From Mobula hypostoma (lineage: Eukaryota), in the NCBI RefSeq assembly GCF_963921235.1, contig NC_086117.1, forward strand, positions 17,236,001-17,300,000: a DNA stretch of 64,000 nucleotides. Direction: 5' to 3'. The notes below the pieces were generated by a model. The model was not told the origin of the DNA. It did not search any database and was given only the letters and a program-made list of their open reading frames with translations. Of this stretch, positions 26,513 through 38,610 are shown piece after piece. Each line of letters starts with the position of its first letter. Within the stretch, counting starts at the first letter, position 1. The position numbers were made by a program, and so were the translations under genes.

Positions 26513-26855
26513 TTGTTGGGTTGAGTGATCAAACTGCTTGGGCTCTTCTGGTGGTTACAATACTGGCAGTTTATTTGAGGATCTTGGATCTCAAAACAAA
26601 CTGACTTGCAAATATTGGGCATTATATTAAAAAGGTTGGAATTCACCAACAACAATCTGATGTTATCAATAATACAGATAGTTATGCTCTGGATTTGCCA
26701 CTGAGGACAGCAGTGATTGGCAGGGTCTTACCCAATACTAAATTATTTGACCTTAGCTAAAGTGCTAATGGATGGACTGTTACAAGGAAGCAGAAAGCCC
26801 TACATATATTAAAGGGACAATAGCAAACAGTATAAAGAGCAAAGAAAAATAGTGT

Positions 26856-27349
26856 ACATCACTATAGGAAGGATGTAGAAGCATTGGAAAGGGTACAGAG
26901 GAGATTTACCAGGATGCTGCCTGGTTTAGAAAGTATGCATTATGATCAGAGATTAAGGGAGCTAGGGCTTTACTCTTTGGAGAGAAGGAGGATGAGAGGA
27001 GACATGATAGAGGTGTACAAGATAATAAGAGGAATAGATAGAGTGGATAGCCAGCGCCTCTTCCCCAGGGCACCACTGCTCAATACAAGAGGACATGGCT
27101 TTAAGGTAAGGGGTGGGAAGTTCAAGGGGGATATTAGAGGAAGGTTTTTTACTCAGAGAGTGGTTGGTGCATGGAATGCACTGCCTGAGTCAGTGGTGGA
27201 GGCAGATACACTAGTGAAGTTTAAGAGACTACTAGACAGGTATATGGAGGAATTTAAGGTGGGGGCTTATATGGGAGGCAGGGTTTGAGGGTCAGCACAA
27301 CATTGTGGGCCGAAGGGCCTGTACTCTGCTGTACTATTCTATGTTCTAT
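26856..27349 (+). mobile_element. Young CR1 LINE 3' end with open C-terminal ORF
   Basis: ORF 26884-27288 [14 protein letters not shown]...LERRRMRGDMIEVYKI...FFTQRVVGAWNALP is uninterrupted; ttctatgttcta tail. Confidence 0.9.
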
Positions 27350-27675
27350 ATATGTACCGTTTGGGCCCATTTCAGTCCCTTTTCCGCACTAAGCAAGCTA
27401 ACCATTTATATAATTACTAAGAAGGCCCACTGTCTTTTGAGAGAAAGCAGCAACTTTCAATGATTTCAGCTCATATCCTGACATCAAATCATAAAATGGA
27501 ATTGTTTTGGCTATTCTAGGGAAGAATAACACTCCCGTGTGCATATTACAGCAAAATGAAACGGTCTTGTGTTTATAGTGCAACTTTTGCGGGACGCACA
27601 CAACCAGGCACTGAACTTAAGTAAATATAGTATCCAGGTTCTACAAAAACTCTTGCAAATAGCAATGAGGTGAAT

Positions 27676-28870
27676 CAGAGTCAGGTTTATTGCCACCGAC
27701 ATAAGTCACGAAATTTGTTGTTTTGTGGCAGCAGTGCGCTGCAGGCATAACAAATTGCTGTAAATTACAATAAATAAATAGTTAGATAAGTAAGTGAATA
27801 GCAAGGTAGTTTTCATCAACGGGTCAAAAATCTGATGGCAGAAGAGAAGAGGCTGTTCCTAAAACATTGAATGTGGGTCTTCAGGCTCCTGTACTTCCTC
27901 CCTGATGGTAGCAATGAGAGGAGGTCCTGGATGGTGAGAATCCAAAATGATGGATTATTAGATTAGATTACATTATGAGGACACGCAGTCCTCTTTTATT
28001 GTCATTTAGTAATGCATGCATTAAGAAATGATACAATTTGTTTCTCTAGAATTATATCACAGAAACACAAGACAAACCAAGACTAAAAAACTGACAAAAA
28101 CCACATAATTATAACATATAGTTACAACAGTGCAAGCAATACCGCAATTTGTTAGAAGAACAGACCATGGGCACGGTAAAAAGTCTCAAAGTCTCTCGAA
28201 AGTCCCAACATCTCATGCAGACGGTAGAAGGAAGAAACTCTCCCTGCCATGAGCTTCCAGCGCCGCAAACTTGCCGATGCAGCATCCTGGAAGCACCCAA
28301 CCACAGTCCGACTCCCGAGTCCGTCCGAAAACTTCGAGCCTCCAACCAGCTCTCCGACACCGAGCACCGAGCACCGAGCACCATCTCTGCTGAGCGCTTC
28401 GACCCCAGCCCCGGCCACCAGCAACAGGCAAAGCCGAGGACTTGGGGCCTTCCCCTCCGGAGATTCTTGATCGCACAGTAGCAGCGGCAGCGAAGCAGGC
28501 ATTTCAGGAGTTTCTCCAGATGTTCCTCCATGCTTCTTACGGCTGTCTCCATCAAATCAGGATTGTGCACAGTATCCTACTTCACAAATACGGTATCAAT
28601 TCGGATGCAGCCTTCTTGAGGAACTGCCGTTTAGAAGATGTTCTCACGAGTGGGGAGGTTATGCCTGTGGTAGAGCTGGATAAGTTTACAACCTCCTGAA
28701 GCCTCTTACGGTCCTGCGCATTGGTACCTCCATACCAGGCAGTGATGCAGCTAGTCAGGATTCCCTCCATGGTAGATCTGAAGAAATTTTCTAGAGTCTT
28801 CGGTGACATACCAACTCTCCATGAACTAATGAAGTATAGCTGCTTGCATGCCTTCATCATGACTGCATCA
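27676..28870 (-). mobile_element. Older Rex1-like LINE 3' fragment, interrupted by the element at 27957-28602 (related fragments at ~41604-42030, 43625-44100, 48310-48800, 62610-62880)
   Basis: ORF 28582-28860: KACKQLYFI...ILTSCITAWYGGTNAQDRKRLQEVV. 3' end aataaacctgactctgatt. Confidence 0.7.
27957..28602 (-). mobile_element. Young CpG-rich non-autonomous retroelement (SINE-like) with (AATCT)n tail
   Basis: Highly similar to 54803-55331 on the opposite strand. Ends aataaaagaggactgcgtgtcctcataat...aatctaatct and splits an older LINE fragment. Confidence 0.7.
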
Positions 28871-30824
28871 ATAAATCAAGATGATAAGTCAAGTTAGTGC
28901 CTTTTTCATGATGTTGGTAAGGGAGAAGTGAACCTTGTTTTTCCAAATAACAATGCTACATTTTTTAAATCACCTAACAGACAAGATTTTTAAAAAGCGC
29001 TCTCGCCATCGTAGCACTCTTACAGAGCTGTGGCAAGACATCACTCTTGAACATGTACTGTACTTACAGAATAGTATTTTTCTTCTTGAAATGAATAGTA
29101 TCATCCTGCAGGCATTACAGGAATAGCCTACTATATTCAGAGAAAATGGGATGTGTTTTTACTTATTTCAGGGCATTGCTGCAATTATTGCACGGGAACA
29201 GAGCAATCACACACCATGCGTAAGTGCTAGTTCCATGTATTAAATCATATGCACAAAATACTGAAGGAACTCTGCAAGTCAGGTAGCATCTGTGGAGCAG
29301 AATAAACAGTCAACATTTTGGAACTCCGATGATGACCTCGTCCCGAAATGTCAATGGAGTCCTGATGGATAAACATTGACTGTTTATTCCCCTCCACAGA
29401 TGCTGCCTGACTTACCAAGTTCCTCCTGCATTTTGTGTGTGTTGCTCAAGATTTCAAGCTTCTGCAGGATCCTGGATGTATGATATAAATGGAATAGATT
29501 GCCCTGTAGATATTAGAGAATCACAGTGTGCTATTTTGAAAAATAACAGTTTCTTCAATACGTGATAAAAGGTGAATTCACCCTGTATGTATTACTGGAA
29601 CTCTGCTCCCTGAGAACATATTGTATAACACAATTTATATGATGAAAAGTTACACACTTTTATATTTCGTGGAGAATTAGGACTTTCTATGTATGTTATT
29701 GAAGATGCAACACACTTTTATGTTGTTACATCCTGTTGTTTCCTTATCCAATTATCAGGATAACCTGCTGATAAACTTACTATTCTTCTCAGCTTGTCTC
29801 TTGGAATCACGTTTATACTACAGTCATTTTCACTGGATGCTCTCCTCTTCCCTGCTCTGCTTCATTCGCCACTGCCAGACTGAATAGTGAGTGCTCCCTC
29901 TCTATGTACTGGGAAAGAAGGATGTCCTCTTCACTTTGTAGGAATTCTATTTCCTTATCCCCTTTATCTACCTCTTCCGCCAATTAATTTCAGTGTAGCT
30001 GAAATCCCCTGTGATTCTTACTTTAGATTTCAGGTAGTTATTGATCCTTAAATATCTTCATCTCTTCACGTGTAGATGCTATTTCTGACTTTCTGGCGGC
30101 TGCATTGCTTTTTAATGGCATTATGTTACCTCATTTTTCTTCATATACTTCACTTTTCCTGCTTTCTGGTAGCTATTCTATTTTATTAGATCCTACAATG
30201 TTTGATTCAAGCAAATAATCTGGATCCGCTGAGTTTATTAATCTTTCCAGTTCCCTTTTTATTATAAACTTGGCGTATTGTAGTATATGGTCAATTTGAT
30301 GCTTTTGATAGAGTTATTTTATCTTAAACATCCCTTTACATATATTTCTATAACCCTACTTATTCCTGATCCATTTATGAACAATATGTTTTATAGATAG
30401 AATAACACATCTTATATGTATATTAAAGAATAATTCAGACTGATGATATATTTACACATTACATAGTACAGTAATAAATTTTACAGCGAACCCAGTGAGT
30501 TTGAATGGAGAGAGAAATACAGAAGAACTCTTGAGCTCTTCTCCAGCCACAAATTTGCTTAATATCCAAGATTTGTTTGGAAATTAACAGAAGTAACACC
30601 CAATAGTCTGGAAAACCTACCAGTCAGGCACCATCAAAGCTCCGAGGATGCTAGATATTACTGTATAGTAATAAGGATATTCCACACTGCATGTGAGGAT
30701 AAACCTGACTCTGATTCTGAATATTGCATGAAAAGCAAAAATATTGGAAGAAGCTAGAAACTTGAACTAAAAGTAGAAAATTTTGGAAAAACTCAACAGG
30801 TCATATAATATCAGAAAAATGAAA

Positions 30825-31245
30825 TGGGCCTGGAAATGGGAATTTTGACCCATATTGTCCATTTCAACCATGATGTCCATTTATATTAATCTCATTTACT
30901 TGCCTGTGTTAGGCCCACATCCCTCTACTCCTTTCCTATCCAAGAACCTATCCAATATACAACGCTATCATAGTATCTGCCTCCAACACCTTCTCTGGCA
31001 GTTCATCCCAGATAGTTACCAACCTCTGTATGAAAAGCTTACCCTTCACATATCCTTTAAATTTCTCTCCTTTCACCTTAAACCTGTGTCTTCCCCCTTC
31101 CTTTTCAGTCCCGAAGAAGGGTCTCAGCCCAGAACGTCAGCTGTTTATTCATTTCCATAGATGCTGCCTGATCTGCTGAGCTCCTCCAGCATTTTGTGTG
31201 TGTTACCTTAAACCTGCGCCCTCTAGTTCTAGACTGTCCAACACT
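30825..31245 (-). mobile_element. CR1 3' end with nested PLE tail (~31090-31205)
   Basis: CR1 antisense tail (ccttaaacctgtg...) duplicated on either side of a cagtcccgaagaagggtctcagccc...gatgctgcc insert. Confidence 0.65.
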
Positions 31246-32589
31246 AGGTAGTAGTAGTGCGATCACTCAAGTCGAGTGTCATGTTCTCTTAAGGGGTTGT
31301 CTATTGTTGGGTCTTCAGGTGGCTGTAAAGGCTGATCCAGGGTCCACATGTGGGGTGGATTCCCTTCATGGAGAATGCTTGTGTGTGACTTTGTTTAATG
31401 TGGGGAAGCCGATGAATGGGCAGCCACCACATATTCCTTGACAGACGGGGAGCCAGGGTCCAGTGGCGTAGAATGTAAAACAACGGGGAACCCTTCACCA
31501 CTGCAGCCTTCTTCCACCTTCATTGCTGTAGCCTTCTTCCATCTTCACTGCCATTGTGATGTGTCATTATCTTCCACCTGCTCCACCAATGAGGTCTTGG
31601 TTAGATCGCTCTTTGTCTGGAACCTCCCCTTTGACCTTACCAGTATGGGTGACCTTGCCTGGAACCCAATGCCAGATGGCTAAACTCCAGACGGCATCAT
31701 TCCCTGAATCTCTGAACTCACAAGTCTCTCCACCACAACAAGGTGACAACCCTTAAGAAGATTTCCTACCTGATTCTGGCTATCTATCCTTTCTAGGCAC
31801 ACGTAATTTTATTAACCTCCATGAGGCCGGACAACATCTGTTGGGAGAGAAGCAGAGTTAATGTTCTTTGGGCAAGGATCTTTTATCAGAGTTGGGAAAA
31901 ATTGTAAATTAGATGTTTTGCATGCAGAGAAGCTGAAGGGGCAGAGAGAATGCTTGTGATAGGATGTTGAATGATGGAGGTAGTAATGCAGAATGAGAGC
32001 GAGAGTGGTGAAGACTTGTTAATCAGCTGGCCTAACCGGAGCAGATGGCATTGGAGGAACTGAATGAAAATACTAGAAGTGAGAGAGAGAGAGAGTGGGA
32101 GGAAATTGAGAGATATAAAATACTGCAGATGCCGGAAAGCTGAAATAGAGAATGCTAGAAATAGCAGATCAGACAACATCAGTGTGGGAGAAATCACATT
32201 ACAGATTGATGAGTTTACATCAAAACTGACCAGGCTGGTCAACAGAAATTGTGGAATTTTGTCCGAAGGGCTTTAATATGGTTTGTTGAAAGGTGAGATT
32301 GGAAATCAAAATTAGTGTGCAGGCGAGAATTCTGAAATAAAAATTGAAAATGCTGGAAATACTCAGCAGGTTAAGTGAGCATCAGTAGAAACAGAATCAT
32401 TGACCTGAAATGTTAACTCCCACTTTTTTTCTCTACAGATATTCACTGACCTGCTACTCCCAGCATTTTCTGTTCTTATGGCATCCTGTAAATATTGTTG
32501 TAGAGAATATTACCCGTTGCACAGAAATGAACACAATAGTTAAATTGTGGCATAGAATAGACACGCTGGGAATTGAAATTACAACTGTA

Positions 32590-33380
32590 TTAAACCTGGA
32601 GAAAGGTGTGTAGTTCTGGTCACAAGGTTAAAGGAAGGATACAAGTGTGCTGGAGGAGGGAGGAGGGGTTGCAGAGGAGATTCACCAGGATGTTGTGGGA
32701 ATTGAAACAAGGAGGGGGTGGCTAAGTTGGCATTTTCTCTTTGGAGCAGAGGAGACTGAGGGGTGAGCAGTATATAAAATGTATACAATGAGGAGACTGA
32801 GGGGTGAACGGTATATAAAAATGTATACAATGAGGAGACTGAGGGGTGAGCAGTATATAAAATGTATACAATGAGGAGACTGGGGGGTGAACAGTATATA
32901 AAAATGTATACAATGAGGAGACTGAGGGGTGAATGGTATATAAAATGTATACAATGAGGAGACGGAGGGGTGAGCAGTATATAAAATGTATACAATGAGG
33001 AGACTGAGGGGTGAACGGTATATAAAAATGTATACAATGAGGAGACTGAGGGGTGAATGGTATATAAAAATGTATACACAGAGGGGGATGGATAAGGGAG
33101 ATCGTTTAGATCTTCTTACTCATGATGGAGGAATGGAACTAAAACAAGATAACAGAGGTGAAAGATGGGAGGTTTAGAGGGAGGCGATGAGTAATATTTT
33201 CACACACAGTTGGAGGTGCTGGAGGCAGATATTCTTATAACATTTAGGAAGCGTCTATGCAAATACCTGAACTAGAAAAGCATAGAACCCTATAGTCTTA
33301 ATGCAGATAGATGGGATTGGTGTAAGTAAATAGAAACGGGTAGAATGGACATAGTGGGCCGAATGGCCTGTTTCTCTGTT
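32590..33380 (+). mobile_element. Old CR1 3' fragment hosting a minisatellite
   Basis: gtgtagttctggtcac...gcagaggagattcaccaggatg...ttttctctttggagca [array] ...gtgggccgaatggcctgtttc. Confidence 0.7.
32749..33078. repeat. Minisatellite, 8 units of 41/42 bp
   Basis: Unit GAGGAGACTGAGGGGTGA(gca/acg/atg)GTATATAAAA(A)TGTATACAAT starts at 32749, 32790, 32832, 32873, 32915, 32956, 32997 and 33039. Confidence 0.95.
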
Positions 33381-33479
33381 GGGTGCATTGCAGGAAAAAA
33401 TATTTCTGTTAATTCTAACCAACTCCATCTCCCCACTCGCACAACCTGCGTTTGTATCAGAATATGGGAGCACACCAGT

Positions 33480-34325
33480 AGTCCTGGGTGTACGCGGAAA
33501 GCCGGCGGGACGGAGTTCCTCTTCTGCCAGCCGGACCGGGCAAGGAGGCGGCGTATTTTTATGCCACTTATGGGACATGACAGAGTGGGGATGAAATGGG
33601 TGTCACTGAAAGTGTTACAACGAAAGCAATTTTACAAGGAAGTAGGGACGATACCCGCTGTGTTCGCACAGACCCTGGCTGCTTCTTCGTATAATTAAAA
33701 GGCTGTGTGAACGGCTGGCTGCTCGCTCGCTGAAGCTCCAACCAACCTGCAGAGCCTGAAGCTGTCGGCACCGCGGGCTGCGAGCCTGCTTGTCCAGAAG
33801 GCGGCTATTTTTAATATATATTGTCTTTTTTTTCTGCCCTTTTTATTTGCCACTTTCCTCTCCCCCAGGAGAATTCCGGGAGCCTGGTTCTTGGCGTCAG
33901 CTAATGTGGTTTGTACTAGGCAGAAGGACTGAACATCTCGGCACAAGTGTTTTAGCCAGGAGTGGGTGGGTGGGTGGGTGGGCGTGAGGTGGAGGCGGGG
34001 GTACAGGACCAAGGTGGACTCGTTTATCCTTCCCCACGCATCCCCTCTCTCCACTACCAGCTCCCCATCAATTCCCGCTGGACTTGATTGCATTTTCATG
34101 AGCTGGGAGGCAGCTCCTGACAGTCATTGGCGAATCGTGGCAGAGCCGCCGAGTGTCAGGAGGAGAGGCGAACAGGAGGGTGATGCTCCTGTGCCCAGCA
34201 CCATCTCTGGGATTGCACCAGAACCCCCTAATCCCACATCCTGAACCGCGAGGTATCAGGGAGAGCCCCGGGTCAGTTTCTTGTTAAAATCCTGGATTAC
34301 ACAGACATCTTTGGAAGAAGTGAAA
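33480..34325 (+). promoter_or_regulatory. SH2D3C: CpG-rich promoter and 5' UTR of the SH2D3C short isoform, with TATA-like box at ~33690
   Basis: Repeat-free, visibly CpG-enriched stretch in an otherwise CpG-depleted window. TATAATTAAAAGG at 33690 is followed by GC-rich sequence. Lies directly upstream of the first coding exon. Confidence 0.6.
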
Positions 34326-34406
34326 ATGACCGACAAGTGCAGTCTGTGGAGCGCGATCTCTGCGGCGGCTTGCTGCTTCTACCGCGGTTCCTTCATGCAG
34401 GTTCAG
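34326..34406 (+). CDS. SH2D3C: SH2D3C alternative first coding exon (short-isoform N-terminus MTDKCSLWSAISAAACCFYRGSFMQVQ)
   Basis: ATG at 34326 in aaaATGa context, 27 codons, then a strong donor CAG|gtaagg at 34407 (phase 0). The peptide closely matches the mammalian SH2D3C alternative N-terminus as I recall it (MTERCSLWSALSAAACCFYRGSFVQVQ). It joins in frame to the exon at 59410. Confidence 0.88.
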
Positions 34407-35694
34407 GTAAGGGGAGTATCCGGCATTAAAGTGATACACTTTGCATCCAGCCCGACTGTGTGCGCCGTACTCAGACCGAAGAGAAGCGAGGTTGCAGCAC
34501 ACAGTGCCAGCGTTCTGCAGATCTCTACTTTATGAATGAGATTTGCAAGTAGTAATTGTAAACTGTTTCATCCGACCCCACAGCGCTAGCATCTTGCTTT
34601 CTATCGCGGAAAGGTTGGTCGATTTTGAAATTCCTTAAGTAATCGCGTTAGCTTTGTGTTCTTCCACAGGTAGCGTCTAAACTCAGAACGCTAAATCTGT
34701 ACATATTATGTAGTTATGTATATATTATCGGTAGTTATGGATATGATATAGTTATGTATATATTACATACACAGTTAAGCGTGAATGTGTGAGTGAATTA
34801 CAGTTAAATTGATGGTTTGATAAAAAATTTCCGGTAGATACAGAGCACAGTGCAAGGGAGTCAAACTAATCCAAAGAAAAATACACTTTGGACAATCACA
34901 CTCAGGATGTGTGTGTGTGAGAGAGAGAGAGAGCGAGAGAGTCACGCAGAGGATCGATGCAGAGAGGAACAATACTATTCAGAAAGAAAGCCACAAGCGA
35001 TACAAAGAGAAGGGAAAGATTCATTTCCAATGAGAAATGAGACATAACAATAGGGAAAAAGACAGACGGGACGAGACGGAAAGCCCATAGATACTCTGGT
35101 GTAAAGCAGAGGAGGGAGAGATGCGCTCAGACACACAGTGAGACAAAGCTAAAGAGGAGACACTCGGGGAAACACAAAGCCGCATAGTTATAGGTTTAGG
35201 GCAACACACATACTTCTGGAGAAGGAGACATAAGGAAGAGGGACAGGTGGACTGTGACTGCCTTGTTCCAGTGTGTGCTGAATCTGTTGATCGTGATGAT
35301 TCCGTTCTCTCAGTGATGTAATGCTGTGACCCTCCTTCATGTCGTCACTGAGTTCCACTGGAATTTGAAACGTGACCCCGTGCGCCACGCTCATAGTTTG
35401 AGAACAGTCCGAGTGTTCAATGACCTCGTCACTTTCTTGCCGCAGGCCTGAGGCAGGTTGGTATCTGGGAAGTGATGAGTAAAGTCTAGCTTTCTCATGC
35501 GGGGCGTCGTTCCTCCAGTAGTAGCCGAGATGGCAATGAATAATAATGATTTAGCAAAGTGGGAGGAATTTTGAACTCGCAGGATTCCACCTACCTCACA
35601 CCTGCCACCCCCTCTACCACCTAACCTCCGATTTATCAAAGTGGAAGTGGGCGAAGGGGAATTTTAAATTTGTCATCTCGGATTATCTGACAGA

Positions 35695-35735
<41 letters not shown>

Positions 35736-38610
35736 AACATAATAAAATCTGCAGAAGCTGGAAATCCAAAGCAACACACTCAAATGCTGGAGGAACTCAG
35801 CAGGTCAGGCAGTATCTACAGTCGAGGTTTCGGGCCGAGACCCCTCTTCACCCACACACAAACACAGCGGGGTGCCGGCAATGAATAGTGGTGGTGGCGA
35901 CTGAGCAGGAGAGCCACCGGTTGTATCCTCCCCACTCCCGGTGACCGAGAACCCACTCAGTGGGGAAACTTTGAACCAGGCCCACACACACGCCTGGCAA
36001 AGAGATTAGGATTGGAGGAAGTAGCTCGAAGCAAGTCCATTGAGACAGCCCTTATCACGTCTGGAGATGCCGCGAGGGCGCGTAAAAAGCTCCCTCACAC
36101 TGAGAGATGGATGTAGGATGTGTGTTTTGGGGATTCTGGCTTGTTTTTGTATATAGTAACATTAGTGTAGTGAAAGGAAAACAAGGAGCAGATGAACGAG
36201 TGGCTTCTCTTAACCTCTTTAGCATGGAGGAGCTGTTGGTCCTGTGGAGAACAAAGACACCTGGTGTTCAGTGATTCATTTCCTTCTAATGGCGGAGTAC
36301 TCAACATCCAAAGGACGTTAAATGCGTTATTTTTATTTTATTGACGACTCTTGATGGGACTGACCTTCAATTATTGATAAATCATAACGCCCTGTAGGCA
36401 TCATTGGGGTGGCCAACTGCGTGACCCTGGAAGTTCTTAGAAACACTGAAAACCTACAGCATAATATAGGTCCTTTGGCCCACGATGCTGTGTTGAACAT
36501 GTACTTATTTTAGAAATTTCGTGCTGATTGTCTGAATTCATGGAGATTTACCTTCAATCCATGGAAGAGCGCGTTTGGAGTACCGCTATTTGCCCAGTTA
36601 GCCCACCCACAAACCCACCTACCTCTTGCATTGTCCCCCTTTTCCATGACCAATCCCTCTTAATCGATGTGAGTGTTGATGGCGGGCTATTCCACCACAG
36701 GCATGCTACGGCTTTATTTAGTGCTCTTCACCCGACATGCACTCGAACGAGGATCAGTGGAGAGAAAGCAATCTTTCGGCTTCCCTTCTTCAGAGCACCA
36801 GCATCGCAATCACACCTGAAGAACTGAACACGGACATGTGTGTCTGAATGGTTCCGTTCCACTAAGTGTGAGTAACTAGGCCTCGAGAGAAGGTGGGAGA
36901 CGATGTAAAGTAAATTAACACACTGACTTTACAATCACTTTCTGTCTAAGTGTGGTCTTTATAATTGCAGCTTACTTTATACACTTTCTGCTCAGGAAAT
37001 TGTTATTCGAGGTATCGACCAGATATTTAAACACAGCCACGTGGCCCCATACGCGCCATTTTAAGGTTCGATCAGAAACCGGACACTGGGGAAGGGGGAT
37101 GGGGTAGCTGTATCTCAGCCCGCGGCCTTACAGCAGAAATTTTTAATTTACAAAATCTGACATGCACACTAACAACGTGAAATTAATGAATCTGTAAACT
37201 GAAAGAGAAATATCAGAATTCTTTTGGAAATACAGGGTAAGGGTGACGGGCCCATTAACGTAACATTTCTATTTTATCTCCAGCAGCCTGGAGTCAATTC
37301 ATTTGGAATGCTGTTGGGGAGCTAATTTAATGTTTGTTTTATGTCGGTCGGAGTTTCAAAGCATCAATGCAGGGGCTACTTAAGTTAGCCGACGGAACAC
37401 TATACTGTTCCCAATTTTAAATATGCTGGAAAATACTAGAAGAGAAATAGTTTCTAAGTTTGCAGATAGTGAGTGACAGAACTGGTATCTGTTTATCTCA
37501 GGGAGGGAAAATAAAGATTTTCAAATCCTACCAGAAACTGCCTCTTAAAACATTACATAGCTAATAAATTCCGGTTTAACTCTCGCGTAAATTGCAGGGA
37601 TACAAACCCATTAAAATAACAGACTATCACCTCTGTGGAAATAACGATGGAAAATAGCAAATGGCATACATCCGAATTACTGGTAATAATCCCCAATCTA
37701 ACATTGATTTAAACCCTTCAAAATAGCGGTTCTATATAAAATCAGCGATGATGGGATAGCGCAGCAGACTCGACGGGCTGAATGGCCTTATAGAATGTGC
37801 TGCGGTTGTGTAAAGAGATTCAGTGGCAACTTTCTAAAGGTATTGTGACAAATACTCAAGGTGGGAGAGAATGTTTGGGATGGGGGCGATTAGATGGAGG
37901 AAACTGATAGGATAGAGCTGATAGCCTATTTTGTTGTAAAATTTGATGACGGGGCGGGGGGGGGGGTCTCTTTTCATTTCTCTAATCCCTGGATGCCTCT
38001 TTGGTAATTTCCCCAAATCGGCACGGTTATTGGCCTGTCAGTTCCCGTTAGGTAAACAGTGACTGTCACACCCAAAATCTGAAAGAACTGTTTCTAAGGA
38101 TCCAAACTGCGATTGTAGCGGGAAAAAAAAGCCTTTAAAATGTTGGGGGTAATCAGTCTTCCATCATCATGCTATTGTCTTCTGCCTGTTACAGACATTC
38201 TTTATCTGAACAAGCTGTTCGGGAAATTAAGGAGGAAAAGCTCGCCCGCTGCAGGAATGACATTTAAGGTCTCAGCAAGCAGCTGTACCGTGTTGTCCCT
38301 AGACCAATGGGAGTCTCTCCTTTGTGGTAGAGGTGACATCATTTCTAGCCAATAGCAGCTCTTCTAGATGACATCCAGAGAAGAAAGAGCCTGCTGACAG
38401 AGAGAGAATCCTTAACCTTTTCGGTACCAGAGCTTCCAGTAGCCCGACTGCTGTTAGAACAAAAACATTCAACATTACAGCGCAATACAGGCACACCGGC
38501 CCATCATATGTGCCGATCTTATAACCTACTCCAAAATCAATCTCAGCCTTCCCTACTACAAAGTTGCTGGTGAACGCAGCAGGCCAGGCAGCATCTCTAG
38601 GAAGAGGTGC

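Noticed and set aside
28109-28570. Cluster of overlapping 70-150 aa ORFs on both strands
   Set aside because: GC-rich repeat with few stops; the reading frames are not preserved in the second copy at 54803-55331.
32749-33078. CRISPR-like array of regularly spaced repeats
   Set aside because: Units are contiguous with no unique spacers, there are no cas genes, the context is eukaryotic, and the unit derives from CR1 sequence.
32579-33177. Repetitive ORFs of 63-166 aa
   Set aside because: They are translations of the minisatellite, not genes.
1-33480. Upstream exons of the long SH2D3C isoform (…SSDMYSHMGTMPR… and the short …DYVK exon)
   Set aside because: I could not find them by eye or in the ORF track. 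They probably lie upstream of the window, so whether 1-33 kb is intronic remains unproven.
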